36,920 nucleotides of DNA from a virus (Duplodnaviria > Caudoviricetes). The stretch is from the IMG/VR virus record IMGVR_UViG_3300010362_000530, positions 1 to 36,920 of that record; one strand, given 5' to 3'. Both the position numbers and the translations under genes were made by a program. Shown here one piece after another: positions 7,988-17,506 of this stretch (positions within the stretch are counted from its first letter, which is position 1; the number at the start of each line of letters is the position of its first letter). Under the pieces are notes generated by a model. That model was given only the letters and a program-made list of their open reading frames with translations, was not told where the DNA came from and made no database searches.

Positions 7988-10900
7988 ATGGCCGCCAACC
8001 GCATTTATCTACAGGTTGTCTTTAACTCCGAAGGCGCTGAAGCGAATATCGACAAGCTCAATCAAAACATCAAAAACATCGGTACGAACAGCGAGCAGGC
8101 CACCAAGCAGGCCGCCGCCGGGATGAAAAACGTCTCGGTCAGCGTCGAGAGCGTCACCGATGAAATATCCCGCCTGGGCCGAGTGATCGCTGCCGCCGGC
8201 ATCGGACGCGAGATCGAGCACATTATCCATCTGGGCGAAGAGCTGAATCGCGTGCGCGGGGCTCTCTTGCGCGGGACCGGCGGCAACGAGCTCCTGAAGC
8301 AGCTCGACTCTCTGGCCGAAAGCGGGCTTGCCACCGAGGAGCAACTGGTTCGCACTGCCAACCAGATGATCAACGCCGGAGTCGCCGCCGATCAGGTCGC
8401 GCCGCGCATCAAGGCATTGATCGACACTCTCGCGGCTAAAGGGCTCGATCCTCACAATCTCGAAACAGCCATGCGGCTCCTGAACGAGATCACGGTGCAG
8501 GGGCAGGTGTCGCCCAAAAAGGCCGTGAGCCTCTTCCGCGAATCGGGCCTGGATGTATTCGCCGAGCTGTCGCAGGGCATCGCGAATTCCAGGAAGGAAT
8601 TCCGCGACGAGATGAAGAAGATCCCCGCGGACGAGTTCATAAAAGAGCTGCTGGCTAGGGCGGGCAAGGAATACGAAGGGACTGCCGATAAGATCGCCAA
8701 CGTCACCAAGGAGCAGATCAAGCTGAACAACGCCTGGGGCGAATTCGCCCGGGAGCTGGCTACGTCGTTCGGGCCCGAGATCGCCGACTTAGTCAAAGAG
8801 CTTACAGCGTTGCTCCGGCTGCTGACCGGCATTGTTCACATTCTGGGCGAGCTGCCATCACCCCTGAAGACCGTGCTGGTCAATGTCATCGCAATCACCG
8901 CGGCGATCAAGACGATCGGCTCTTTGCTCAGTGTGCTCAGGGGAGTCCAGGGGTTGAGCGCCGCAGCCGGCATTGGGGCCGCCGGAACTGGCCCGGGCAG
9001 CGGTGGCGGCGGCAGGCTGCTGGGCCTGGGCCTGGGCGGCGCTGCCGAGGCCGCTAACGTGAAGGCTGCCGAAGCAGCTCAAGCCGCGAAAATGAAAGCC
9101 GCGGAGGAAGCCGCCGCAGCCGCAAAAACCGCCGCGGAGGAAGCCGCTGCCGCCAAGACCGCAGCTAAAGCCCAGGCGAAGGCCGATGCTCAAGCCGCGA
9201 GGGAGGCCAAGCAAGCCACCCGCGCCGCCGCCGGGCAGGCCGCCAAGGAAGCCGCGGACGCTGCTGCTGCTGCCAGGGCCGCGGGAGCGACAGCCGCTGC
9301 CGGCGTTGGCGCTGCTGCCACGACAGCCGCAGCGGAGGTCTCTGCCGCAACCGTGGCCGCCGGCAAGACCATCGCCACTGCCGAGACAACCGCCGCCACA
9401 GAGGCCGCAGCTCAGGTGGAAGCGGGCGCTGCGGTCGCCGGCGCGACGATCGCCACCAGTGAGGTCGCCGCAGCTACCACCATCAGCGCTGAACGTGTCG
9501 CTGCTGCGAAACTGGCTGGCGAGGCCACGGTTATCGGGGCGGCGGAAGCCGGGGCCACTATCGCCAAGGCCGAAGTCACGGCAGGCGCAGAGATCGCCAC
9601 GGGCATCACCGAGGGCGCAGCCGCGGCGGCCACTGCGATCACCGCGGCTGGCGCAGCCGCCGGAGCTGCCGGAGCTGCCGCGGGAGCTGCCAGTGGCGCA
9701 GCCAAAGCCGGCATCTTCGCACGCATCTGGACTTGGATCCGCGGCATATTCGGCGGCGGCGGACTCACAACCCTGAATATCGGGCGCGGCGCTGCGGTCG
9801 CCGGCGAAGCTGCCGGAGCCGCGGAAATCGTAGGAGCTGGCGCAGCCGTCGCCGGGCGCACCTTCCTGGGCATGACGCCGACCGGCTGGATAACGCTGAT
9901 CGCACTCACCGTGGGCCAGATCATCCTGGAACACTTTCTGCCGAAGCTGCTGGGCGGCGGCGAGAAAACAAAGGTTGGGCTGCCCACTGGGGCCTCTGGA
10001 GGGCTGCACACGGTTGAAGACCCGGAGAAGGTAAAGCATGAGATCGAAACCAGCCTGAATTTTCTGTCCGAGGCTCAAGCCCGAAATCTGAAAGTTGGCA
10101 AAGAGGGCATCGCTGCCCTGACGTTCTCTTACGAGGAGTACTTCCGCAAGGTCGCCAAAAACGAGGAGGCGCTCGCGAATTACCGCAAGGCGCTCGCCAT
10201 CGACGTCGATACGGAGATCAAGAAACGGACGGAGGAAACCAGACGCGAGACGTTGAGGTGGGTCGAGGAAATGGGTCGCGTGAGCCGGCAGCAGGACGTT
10301 CTGGTCGCCGAGCTGACTTATGGAACCGATACGCTGGCAGGCCGGCGGAAAGTGGATGAAACGCGGGCGCAGGCCTTCGAGGCTGATCTGGAGGAAACCA
10401 CCAAGTACAAGAAAGAGGAAATCCGGCGGGCCGCGGACCTCGATGCGCAAGCCGCCCACGATGCGATCCTGATCTCGCGGATCACCGCGAAATCCACAGC
10501 TCGCGAGCGGCTGGAAGCAGAGAAAGCAGCCGTCGAGGCCTCGATGAAAATCCTGCTCGACGCCGACCAGCGCATCAGCATGCTGGAGCAGCACAAGAAC
10601 GCCGAAGAGATCCGGCACGCTTTGGAAACCGAGGTCGCCAAGCGGGAGATCGCCATCGAGGAGAAGAAGCGGTCCATCGATACGCAGCTCCAGCTCGATC
10701 AGGCGCTCGCGCAGAAGGAAACCGCACTCCGGGTCGCCTATCTGCAAACCGTGCGCCCGCGCTCCTACCAGGAGCAAATCGACCTCATCAACCAGACTGC
10801 CGACGCCCAGGTCGAGGGCGCCAGGAAATCGACCGAAGCCCAGAAACAGGCCACCGAGGATTACATCACTTGGTATCAGGGCAAATACAAAGACGCCACC

Positions 10901-12622
10901 GACGCCGTCAATGAGATGCGCAACAACCAGGAGAAGGAGCGCACCCGCCTGGACGCCCAGTTCACCCAGCAAGAGGGCGAGATTCGCCTCGCCGCCTGGA
11001 AGCAGACCAACGAGCTGATCATCGAGCAGCAGCGCTCCATGTACGAGCAAATGCTCTCCGGCGTCGATCAGTTCTGGGGCGCCCTGATGGACCGCAGCAA
11101 AAGCGTCTGGGCCAGTATCGGCGACCTGATCAAGAACTCGCTGACTAACGCCCTCAAGAGCTTCATCACCTCGCGGTTCGCGGCTGCACTAACCGAAATG
11201 TTCGGCGGCGGCAAAGTGGAGTTCACCGGCACATGGCTCGACAAGCTGCTGGGCCGCAGACCTTACTACCAGGGCACGGGCGAGCCGCGGCCCAACGTCG
11301 AGCGAGCAACCGCGGAAATTCAACTGAAGGTCGCCAGTTTGCAATACACCGCGGGCAAGGAGCTGCTCGCCGCAGCGGCTGGCCTACAGCAAGCCGCGAG
11401 GTCCCTTGTGGTGGCGTCTGGGGGTGGCGGCGCGGGCGAGGCTGCACGGAGTGTAAGTGACGCCGAGTACGCCAGGATTGTATCGAGCGCCGGCGGGGTT
11501 GGCCCCGAGGGGATCCCCGAGAGCTACGGACTGCCGGGCGGCGTCAGCGGCGACTGGGCCGGCGAGACAGGGACTCCGGTGGCGTTCCCCGGTGGCGGGA
11601 CGGCGGCCACGTTCCCGGGAGGCGCAGCCGCGGCCACGCTTCCCGGCATGATGCCGGGCATGGCCGGCTCGACCGGCCTGGGCGGCGGCGGCATTCGCCT
11701 GCCGGGCATCGGCTCGATCACCGGCGGCAAACAGGGACTGGCGAACCTTGCCTATGGCCTGGGCGCCATGGTCGGCACGAGCCTGTTCCTGTCGAGCCTG
11801 CAGAGGCGCGGCGTCAGGGCCGGGCTACAGGGCATCGGCGGGGCCGCACTGGCGGGCTACAGCCTAGCCAAGCAAGCCGGCCTGTCGGGTCAGGCGGGCG
11901 CCCTCGCGGGCGCAGGCGTGGGGATCTACGCCGCCGGCATGAAGCGCGGCGGCGTCACGGGACTCCTGATGGACGTGGGCGGCGCCGCCCTGACGGGATT
12001 CGCCATCGGCGCAATGTTCGGCGGCCCCATAGGCGCTTTAGTGGGGGGCGCGATCGGAGCCGGCGTCGGGCTCGTGTCGGGCGTTGCGCGGCTGATCTTT
12101 GGAGGGAGCAAGACCGAGGAGGTCCGCACCATGGTGCGGCGGGCCTATGGCGTCGATATCTCCGATTCGAAAATCCTCCAGCAAATCGTGGACACCGCCG
12201 ATCAGAAATTCGGCGGCGACCTCCGGCTCGCGGTGTACTCGCCCGACGTGATGGAGCTGGTGCGGCTCTATGCGATGACCACCGGGCAATCGCAGATGGG
12301 CCTGCCGCGGCCTATGTACGCGGCGTCGTTCGCGCAATCCGGGGCCGGAGGCCTGCAGTTGCAGCCGGTCTATTCAGGCGGCCAGCTCGTCAACAGTCCC
12401 TACAGCGGCACGACCACAACGCAATGGCAGAACGCGACCGCGCCATTGTACATGCAACTCAATCCGTCCCAGGCGACGGCGCTGTTCAGCGGTCAAGTGG
12501 TGCAGGTCATGGGCAACAATCCCGGGGCAGTGGGCGCAGCCAATACGGTTGCGGCGAGGTCAGGACAAGGCAGGCAGGGACAGACGGCGGCGCTAATAGA
12601 GCCGGCTACGGTGCTTCAATGA
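7988..12622 (+). CDS. Tail tape measure protein
   Basis: 1544 aa, helical and coiled-coil with Ala/Gly-rich and glycine-zipper segments, directly after the G/GT chaperones. Confidence 0.92.
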   Translation: MAANRIYLQVVFNSEGAEANIDKLNQNIKNIGTNSEQATKQAAAGMKNVSVSVESVTDEISRLGRVIAAAGIGREIEHIIHLGEELNRVRGALLRGTGGNELLKQLDSLAESGLATEEQLVRTANQMINAGVAADQVAPRIKALIDTLAAKGLDPHNLETAMRLLNEITVQGQVSPKKAVSLFRESGLDVFAELSQGIANSRKEFRDEMKKIPADEFIKELLARAGKEYEGTADKIANVTKEQIKLNNAWGEFARELATSFGPEIADLVKELTALLRLLTGIVHILGELPSPLKTVLVNVIAITAAIKTIGSLLSVLRGVQGLSAAAGIGAAGTGPGSGGGGRLLGLGLGGAAEAANVKAAEAAQAAKMKAAEEAAAAAKTAAEEAAAAKTAAKAQAKADAQAAREAKQATRAAAGQAAKEAADAAAAARAAGATAAAGVGAAATTAAAEVSAATVAAGKTIATAETTAATEAAAQVEAGAAVAGATIATSEVAAATTISAERVAAAKLAGEATVIGAAEAGATIAKAEVTAGAEIATGITEGAAAAATAITAAGAAAGAAGAAAGAASGAAKAGIFARIWTWIRGIFGGGGLTTLNIGRGAAVAGEAAGAAEIVGAGAAVAGRTFLGMTPTGWITLIALTVGQIILEHFLPKLLGGGEKTKVGLPTGASGGLHTVEDPEKVKHEIETSLNFLSEAQARNLKVGKEGIAALTFSYEEYFRKVAKNEEALANYRKALAIDVDTEIKKRTEETRRETLRWVEEMGRVSRQQDVLVAELTYGTDTLAGRRKVDETRAQAFEADLEETTKYKKEEIRRAADLDAQAAHDAILISRITAKSTARERLEAEKAAVEASMKILLDADQRISMLEQHKNAEEIRHALETEVAKREIAIEEKKRSIDTQLQLDQALAQKETALRVAYLQTVRPRSYQEQIDLINQTADAQVEGARKSTEAQKQATEDYITWYQGKYKDATDAVNEMRNNQEKERTRLDAQFTQQEGEIRLAAWKQTNELIIEQQRSMYEQMLSGVDQFWGALMDRSKSVWASIGDLIKNSLTNALKSFITSRFAAALTEMFGGGKVEFTGTWLDKLLGRRPYYQGTGEPRPNVERATAEIQLKVASLQYTAGKELLAAAAGLQQAARSLVVASGGGGAGEAARSVSDAEYARIVSSAGGVGPEGIPESYGLPGGVSGDWAGETGTPVAFPGGGTAATFPGGAAAATLPGMMPGMAGSTGLGGGGIRLPGIGSITGGKQGLANLAYGLGAMVGTSLFLSSLQRRGVRAGLQGIGGAALAGYSLAKQAGLSGQAGALAGAGVGIYAAGMKRGGVTGLLMDVGGAALTGFAIGAMFGGPIGALVGGAIGAGVGLVSGVARLIFGGSKTEEVRTMVRRAYGVDISDSKILQQIVDTADQKFGGDLRLAVYSPDVMELVRLYAMTTGQSQMGLPRPMYAASFAQSGAGGLQLQPVYSGGQLVNSPYSGTTTTQWQNATAPLYMQLNPSQATALFSGQVVQVMGNNPGAVGAANTVAARSGQGRQGQTAALIEPATVLQ

Positions 12623-13046
12623 GATTGCGGGCCGCCCAGAATCGACGTGCGCCGAGAACCGGTGGCTTTGCGTGCTCCACTCGCACCACGCCATCAGGCC
12701 CCTCCTCAATGATGCGGAGGCGATCGCCAGCCTTGGCTATTCCGATCTCCTTGCTCAATACGTGGGCCATGTACGCACTTGCGGCGCGGTTGTCGGTGTC
12801 TGAACGAGCGGCCTCATCGACTAGTTGCTGGACGTGTTTCGGATCCGAGATATCGTACGGGCCCTTCACGTTTCGGCGGATTGCATATAGCTTGCCGCGG
12901 TGCCCGGGGCTTGCCGTTTCCTGGTCTGGTTCAGCGTACGGATTATTCGCGACGATCGTCGGTGGCCGCTTGGACCACTGCCACAGAGAGAACACGGCGA
13001 CCTGGACGACGATGATGATCGTCCACTCCCTTCGACTCAGGCTCAT
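12606..13046 (-). CDS. Moron-like protein with one N-terminal TM anchor, function unknown
   Basis: The only convincing reverse-strand gene. Fills the gap between tape measure and distal tail genes. Hydrophobic WTIIIVVQVAVFSLWQW segment. Confidence 0.65.
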   Translation of the reverse strand: MSLSRREWTIIIVVQVAVFSLWQWSKRPPTIVANNPYAEPDQETASPGHRGKLYAIRRNVKGPYDISDPKHVQQLVDEAARSDTDNRAASAYMAHVLSKEIGIAKAGDRLRIIEEGPDGVVRVEHAKPPVLGARRFWAARNLIEAP

Positions 13047-13110
13047 TGCTACCAGCGTATCGACGGTCCATCCAGTGAAATCAAGGGGATTTCACCCCAA
13101 GGTGGTGTAA

Positions 13111-13503
13111 ATGCCCGGTAACCTGGATCCCGCCAATCCCGTAGATGTCATGCCCAAAGGCCTCTGCGCGGCGTTCAACGAGGAGATGCGCTTCGAGAGC
13201 TTCATCAACGCCAGCTACCCGGATGGGTCGAGCGACCGGGCCCCGCTATCGCTGAACGCCCGCCATTTTTTCAAATTCACGCGGCGAGTCACCGCGGCGC
13301 AGTACACGGCGCTATTCAACTTTTTCAAGGCGCATCCGGTCCAGGCGTTCTACTTTTACAACCTCCGCGAGAGCGCCTTTCAGTGGGATCCGACTGGCGC
13401 CTCGACCGCGGGCCGGTACACGGTCGTCTTCGACGGCGCATGGGCCGATCAGTTCATCGTGGGCCGTTCTCAGGTGAGCCTGGGTCTGAGGGAGGTCGCG
13501 TGA
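13111..13503 (+). CDS. Distal tail protein (gpM/DUF2460-like)
   Basis: 130 aa after the tape measure, with the pattern LFNFFKAH..QAFYFY...YTVVFD...LREV. Confidence 0.65.
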   Translation: MPGNLDPANPVDVMPKGLCAAFNEEMRFESFINASYPDGSSDRAPLSLNARHFFKFTRRVTAAQYTALFNFFKAHPVQAFYFYNLRESAFQWDPTGASTAGRYTVVFDGAWADQFIVGRSQVSLGLREVA

Positions 13504-16500
13504 GCGATTCGCTGGGGCCGATCCCGATTCCAGACCCGCCGTTCATCGGCGCTTTTCCGCTGCGCGGCGACTATGGCGGCGGCATCGACTATCAGCCGCC
13601 GATCGTCACTCACGTTTTTGATCAACCTGGGTTGCGCACCGAGCAGCGTTATTTGCTGGGCTCAGGCATGCGCCGGTTCCGCATTAACCGCGACCACCTG
13701 AGCTGCACCGAATACGATCAGATCAAGGCGCACTGGCAGCAGGCGCAGGGGCAGTACGCCGAATTCAACTACACGTATTATTCGCCGGGCGGCGGCACTG
13801 AAGTGGTCCGCGTGCGCTACGAGAACCCGAACCTTTCGATCGACCAGCTCGTGGGGATGATGGCGACGGTCAACGGCCTCACTTTTCTCGAGGTTCCGAC
13901 CACGACGCCGGCGAAAACATCGGTGAAGCACGTCTCGCGATTCCCCGATTCTGTGCTCACCACTGCGCTGCTCAGTCAGGTGCAGCAATTCATCCCGATG
14001 ATCAAGATCCAGGCGCGGGCGCCATCCACCGGCGCGGCGCTGCCGGCGGCCCTTTACATCAGCGACCAGCGCACCATGATCGACGGTCAGCTCTATCTGC
14101 CGCGGCTCGCGCAATGGAGCGGCATCGCGCAGACGATGAGCGAGACCAGCGATAGCACGACGTTCACCATGGGCAACGCCGATGACGTCTGGACCAAGTA
14201 CGGCAACCAGATCAACCTCTATCGCGCACGCGTGAACTTCTCGCTCTTCCACCTGAATACGAACTACGTTCTCGATCTGTGGGCCGGCTATGCGCGGCCA
14301 TGGTCGCTGACCAGCGACGGTCAGTTCGTTCTGCCGGTGAGCGACGGCGTTTTCGAACTGACGCTGAACTACCCAACGAGGCAGATCTCGCGGACCTGCT
14401 GGAAGATTTACAAGGGACCGTTCTGCCCTTCCGTCAGCTCGCTGCCCGATTGCCCGAAGGATTACGACGCCTGTGTCGCCAGGGGCGTCGAGAAGAGTTT
14501 CGGCGGCGTGATCGCAGTGCCGCAGACAGTCCACATAAAAGACATAACGACCGGAGTGCTGGGGTTCGGGCGCTCGACCATCAGCAGCGTCTCGATTGCC
14601 GATGATTCGATTTATCAGCGGCCCGTGCAGGAGGTCTATACCGACAAAGCGATGAAGGTCCAGTGCGACGTCGCCGCCGGGCGGGATGAGAAGGAATTCT
14701 ATTCGGCGTTGGGCGTCGTCAGCGAGGGGCCGATCGGGCTCTATCATCAGAACCTGATCGAGCATACGCTCGATGATCAGCCGCCCCACGATCCGCTGCA
14801 CGGCGGCGGATGGCGCGGCATCGTCGGCAACGATCCTGCCGGCGTAGCGGACTACTTCAACCTCAGCTCCTTCCCGTGGGGAGCGGTTCCCCCAGGCTCG
14901 ACTTATGCCGGCGGGCTCGCCTTCGCAGAGATCCGGCGCACCGACGCGGATGGCGTGCAGCTCTCCAAAGTCAGCGACCGCAAGATGATCGTCACAGTTG
15001 ACCAGGGCATCTGCGGCTGGACCTGGAATTCACCGGGCGACCGGGTCTGGACGCGTGGATTGGCGAACCCGGTTTGGATAGCCATCAACGTGTATCTGCG
15101 TGCCTTGGGGATGCGGCTGATCGAAGCCAATGCGTCCCAAATTTCTGCCTCAGTGATGGAGCAGTTTTTTGATTGCCCGCAAGCCATCGCCATGGCCGCC
15201 ATCTGCGACCAGATAGTTAATAACCTGCTCGTGCCGGGGCAGACCGAAAAGCAGTTCCCCTTCCGCGGCGCTCTCAAAGAACGCAAGCCCTTAAAAGACT
15301 GGCTCCAGGAAATTCTAAATACCTGTCTGGGTTACTACACGTTCACCAACGGAAAACTCTGGATCGGCATCCGTTACCACTCCGGCGCGACCAATGCGTT
15401 CACGGTTGACAACATTCTTTTCAAATCCCTGCAGGCCACTCCCGTGACGCCGCAATTCAACTGGCTGGTCGGGCAGTTCGGCGACGAAGAGTTCGACTGG
15501 GCGTTGAACACGGTTACCCTCTACGACATCGACAACGCCCAGTATCTCGGCGAGGTCAACGGCTCGACCCAGTATCTGCAGAGCAACATGAGCTTCGTCG
15601 GCATATCCAACAAAAGCCAGTGCGCCAGGGTTATCACCACCAGATTGCGCGAGGAGCTGGGCGGGGTGGGGCTCCCGCAGCAGTTGGCCGCACGCAACCT
15701 GCGGTTTCGCACGACGCTGCTTTCGCTGGCCTCGCAGGTGGGCGACGTCATTTCGCTGACTCATTCGCGCCTGCCCAACGGCTACCAGGAAAACCGCATC
15801 GTTGGTTGGACGCTGAACCCGGATTACTCGATCGACATCACCGGGAACTGCACGACCGACGAGATGTACGACCTCACCGTGGGGCCGAAGCCGGCTGATG
15901 TGCCGGCGGATCCCGTGATCCCCGAGCTGCTGCCATCGGTCGCCGGCCTCGCCTGGATGCCCGACCACATTGCGCCGTTCGCCGGTGATCCGCTCTACCC
16001 GGATCCCGCCGAGCGATCCTTCGACCTGTGGCAGGATTACAACCTTTCCAGGGACGGCGTCTGGACGGCGGCAGTGTATGTCGGCGGCGAGATGGTCATC
16101 AACAATTTTGCGGAGCAGGTGCAGCCGCGGATCGTCGGCGTTCAAATGATTCCCGGCGGCTCGATCGCCGGCCCGATGACCATCTACGCATCCATCGGTC
16201 AGCATGACGAGCCTTCCGTCTCCGGCAATAGCGGCTACACGGTTCCTTCGAATCTCGTGGCGCTCTACATTCCTGAGGGCAGCACGGGTTTGGCGCTGCA
16301 CCTCGACACCGTGCCGGCGGCGGGCTCCTGGGACAACTGGGATCTCTACGTGGGGACCGATCGGCGGCGCATCGCATTGCAAAGCACCACGACCGGAGCG
16401 CTGCCGGCGGCGGTGACGTTCAACGGGCCGATCCACCCCATGACTCGTGAGTTGCCTGAGGGCGCGGCGCGGAAGGTGCGGATCGCAGCCAAGCATGTCT

Positions 16501-17501
16501 GGCATGCCGGCGTTGTCGGCGTTCTGGTCGCCAGCGTCCCGGCGATCAACAAAATCCAGAGCAACGACTTCATCGGCGCTACCGACAATTGGGTGGGCCG
16601 CGTCCTGAGCGCTGTCGCCGACGCGTCTGACGGCAGTGCGCCACTCTGGAACTTCACCGTCACCGCTTTCGATGCGCCCAGCGGCACGTTCACGGTCACG
16701 CCCAACTGCGTGCGCGGAACTCCCGAGGATTCGGTGCAGCCGGGCGACGTCCTGGTGGTGCGGTCGAAAGCCACCAGCGCAGGTGTGGATTTCGTTGAGG
16801 ACACTCTGTGGAATAACTCGGTTTCGAACCTGCAGTTCGACACCGTTGGTTTACACGTGGATGAGGAAATCGGGCGGCTGGTTCGCATCCTCCGCGGCAA
16901 GGGCGCCGGGCAGCTCCGCACGGTCACCGGGAATACGAATATCCGGCTTCAGATCACTCCCGATTGGGACACCATCCCCGACGCAAGCTCAGTCGTCATC
17001 GTGGAGGCTCGCGAGTGGACTCGCTTCTCCGAGACCAGCGACGTCAATGTGCCGGCGCCCGGCGTCAATTTCGAGCTGCGCCTGCCAGTGGACAACCTGC
17101 AGAATTTTGTCGTCATGGTCGGCGGCTTCCTGGTGGACGACCGCGGGCGCCTGAGCGACGAAGAATTCGTTGTATGCCGCGATATTTTCGTTTTCGCCGA
17201 ACCGCCCGGCGTTCGCGATATCGGGCCGGCCCCAGGCGACCCGGATGATCCCGACCATAATCCCTGGTGGACGCTTTTCACGACCGACCAAACCCTGAGG
17301 GCTGACACTACCGCGAACGATATCGAGGTTCACTTACTGCCGCTGGCCGGTTACCAGGGGCGGACCCTCTACGTCGTGAATGGAAGCGGCACACACAACG
17401 TGATCGTGAAGCCGGCGGCGGGCGAGACCCTTTGGGATGGCGAAGATTACATCACCGTCATCCCAACCACAACCGCCCGCATCACCGCCGCAGGAGATTA
17501 A
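13500..17501 (+). CDS. Fused tail tip/hub protein (gpM-like + gpL-like + gpJ-like regions), 1333 aa
   Basis: GTG at 13500 with GGAGG, overlapping the upstream stop (better than the track start at 13383). Carries C-x8-C-x8-C-x6-C, NPVWI, QEILNTC.G and VGDVISLTH tail-tip motifs. Confidence 0.8.
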   Translation: MSDSLGPIPIPDPPFIGAFPLRGDYGGGIDYQPPIVTHVFDQPGLRTEQRYLLGSGMRRFRINRDHLSCTEYDQIKAHWQQAQGQYAEFNYTYYSPGGGTEVVRVRYENPNLSIDQLVGMMATVNGLTFLEVPTTTPAKTSVKHVSRFPDSVLTTALLSQVQQFIPMIKIQARAPSTGAALPAALYISDQRTMIDGQLYLPRLAQWSGIAQTMSETSDSTTFTMGNADDVWTKYGNQINLYRARVNFSLFHLNTNYVLDLWAGYARPWSLTSDGQFVLPVSDGVFELTLNYPTRQISRTCWKIYKGPFCPSVSSLPDCPKDYDACVARGVEKSFGGVIAVPQTVHIKDITTGVLGFGRSTISSVSIADDSIYQRPVQEVYTDKAMKVQCDVAAGRDEKEFYSALGVVSEGPIGLYHQNLIEHTLDDQPPHDPLHGGGWRGIVGNDPAGVADYFNLSSFPWGAVPPGSTYAGGLAFAEIRRTDADGVQLSKVSDRKMIVTVDQGICGWTWNSPGDRVWTRGLANPVWIAINVYLRALGMRLIEANASQISASVMEQFFDCPQAIAMAAICDQIVNNLLVPGQTEKQFPFRGALKERKPLKDWLQEILNTCLGYYTFTNGKLWIGIRYHSGATNAFTVDNILFKSLQATPVTPQFNWLVGQFGDEEFDWALNTVTLYDIDNAQYLGEVNGSTQYLQSNMSFVGISNKSQCARVITTRLREELGGVGLPQQLAARNLRFRTTLLSLASQVGDVISLTHSRLPNGYQENRIVGWTLNPDYSIDITGNCTTDEMYDLTVGPKPADVPADPVIPELLPSVAGLAWMPDHIAPFAGDPLYPDPAERSFDLWQDYNLSRDGVWTAAVYVGGEMVINNFAEQVQPRIVGVQMIPGGSIAGPMTIYASIGQHDEPSVSGNSGYTVPSNLVALYIPEGSTGLALHLDTVPAAGSWDNWDLYVGTDRRRIALQSTTTGALPAAVTFNGPIHPMTRELPEGAARKVRIAAKHVWHAGVVGVLVASVPAINKIQSNDFIGATDNWVGRVLSAVADASDGSAPLWNFTVTAFDAPSGTFTVTPNCVRGTPEDSVQPGDVLVVRSKATSAGVDFVEDTLWNNSVSNLQFDTVGLHVDEEIGRLVRILRGKGAGQLRTVTGNTNIRLQITPDWDTIPDASSVVIVEAREWTRFSETSDVNVPAPGVNFELRLPVDNLQNFVVMVGGFLVDDRGRLSDEEFVVCRDIFVFAEPPGVRDIGPAPGDPDDPDHNPWWTLFTTDQTLRADTTANDIEVHLLPLAGYQGRTLYVVNGSGTHNVIVKPAAGETLWDGEDYITVIPTTTARITAAGD

Positions 17502-17506
17502 AAGCC

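Noticed and set aside
8858-11050. Long reverse-strand ORFs (730 aa here, also 3401-4519, 13662-14801, 15315-16505, 31092-32705)
   Set aside because: Antisense shadows of high-GC genes with clear + strand identities. No recognisable motifs.
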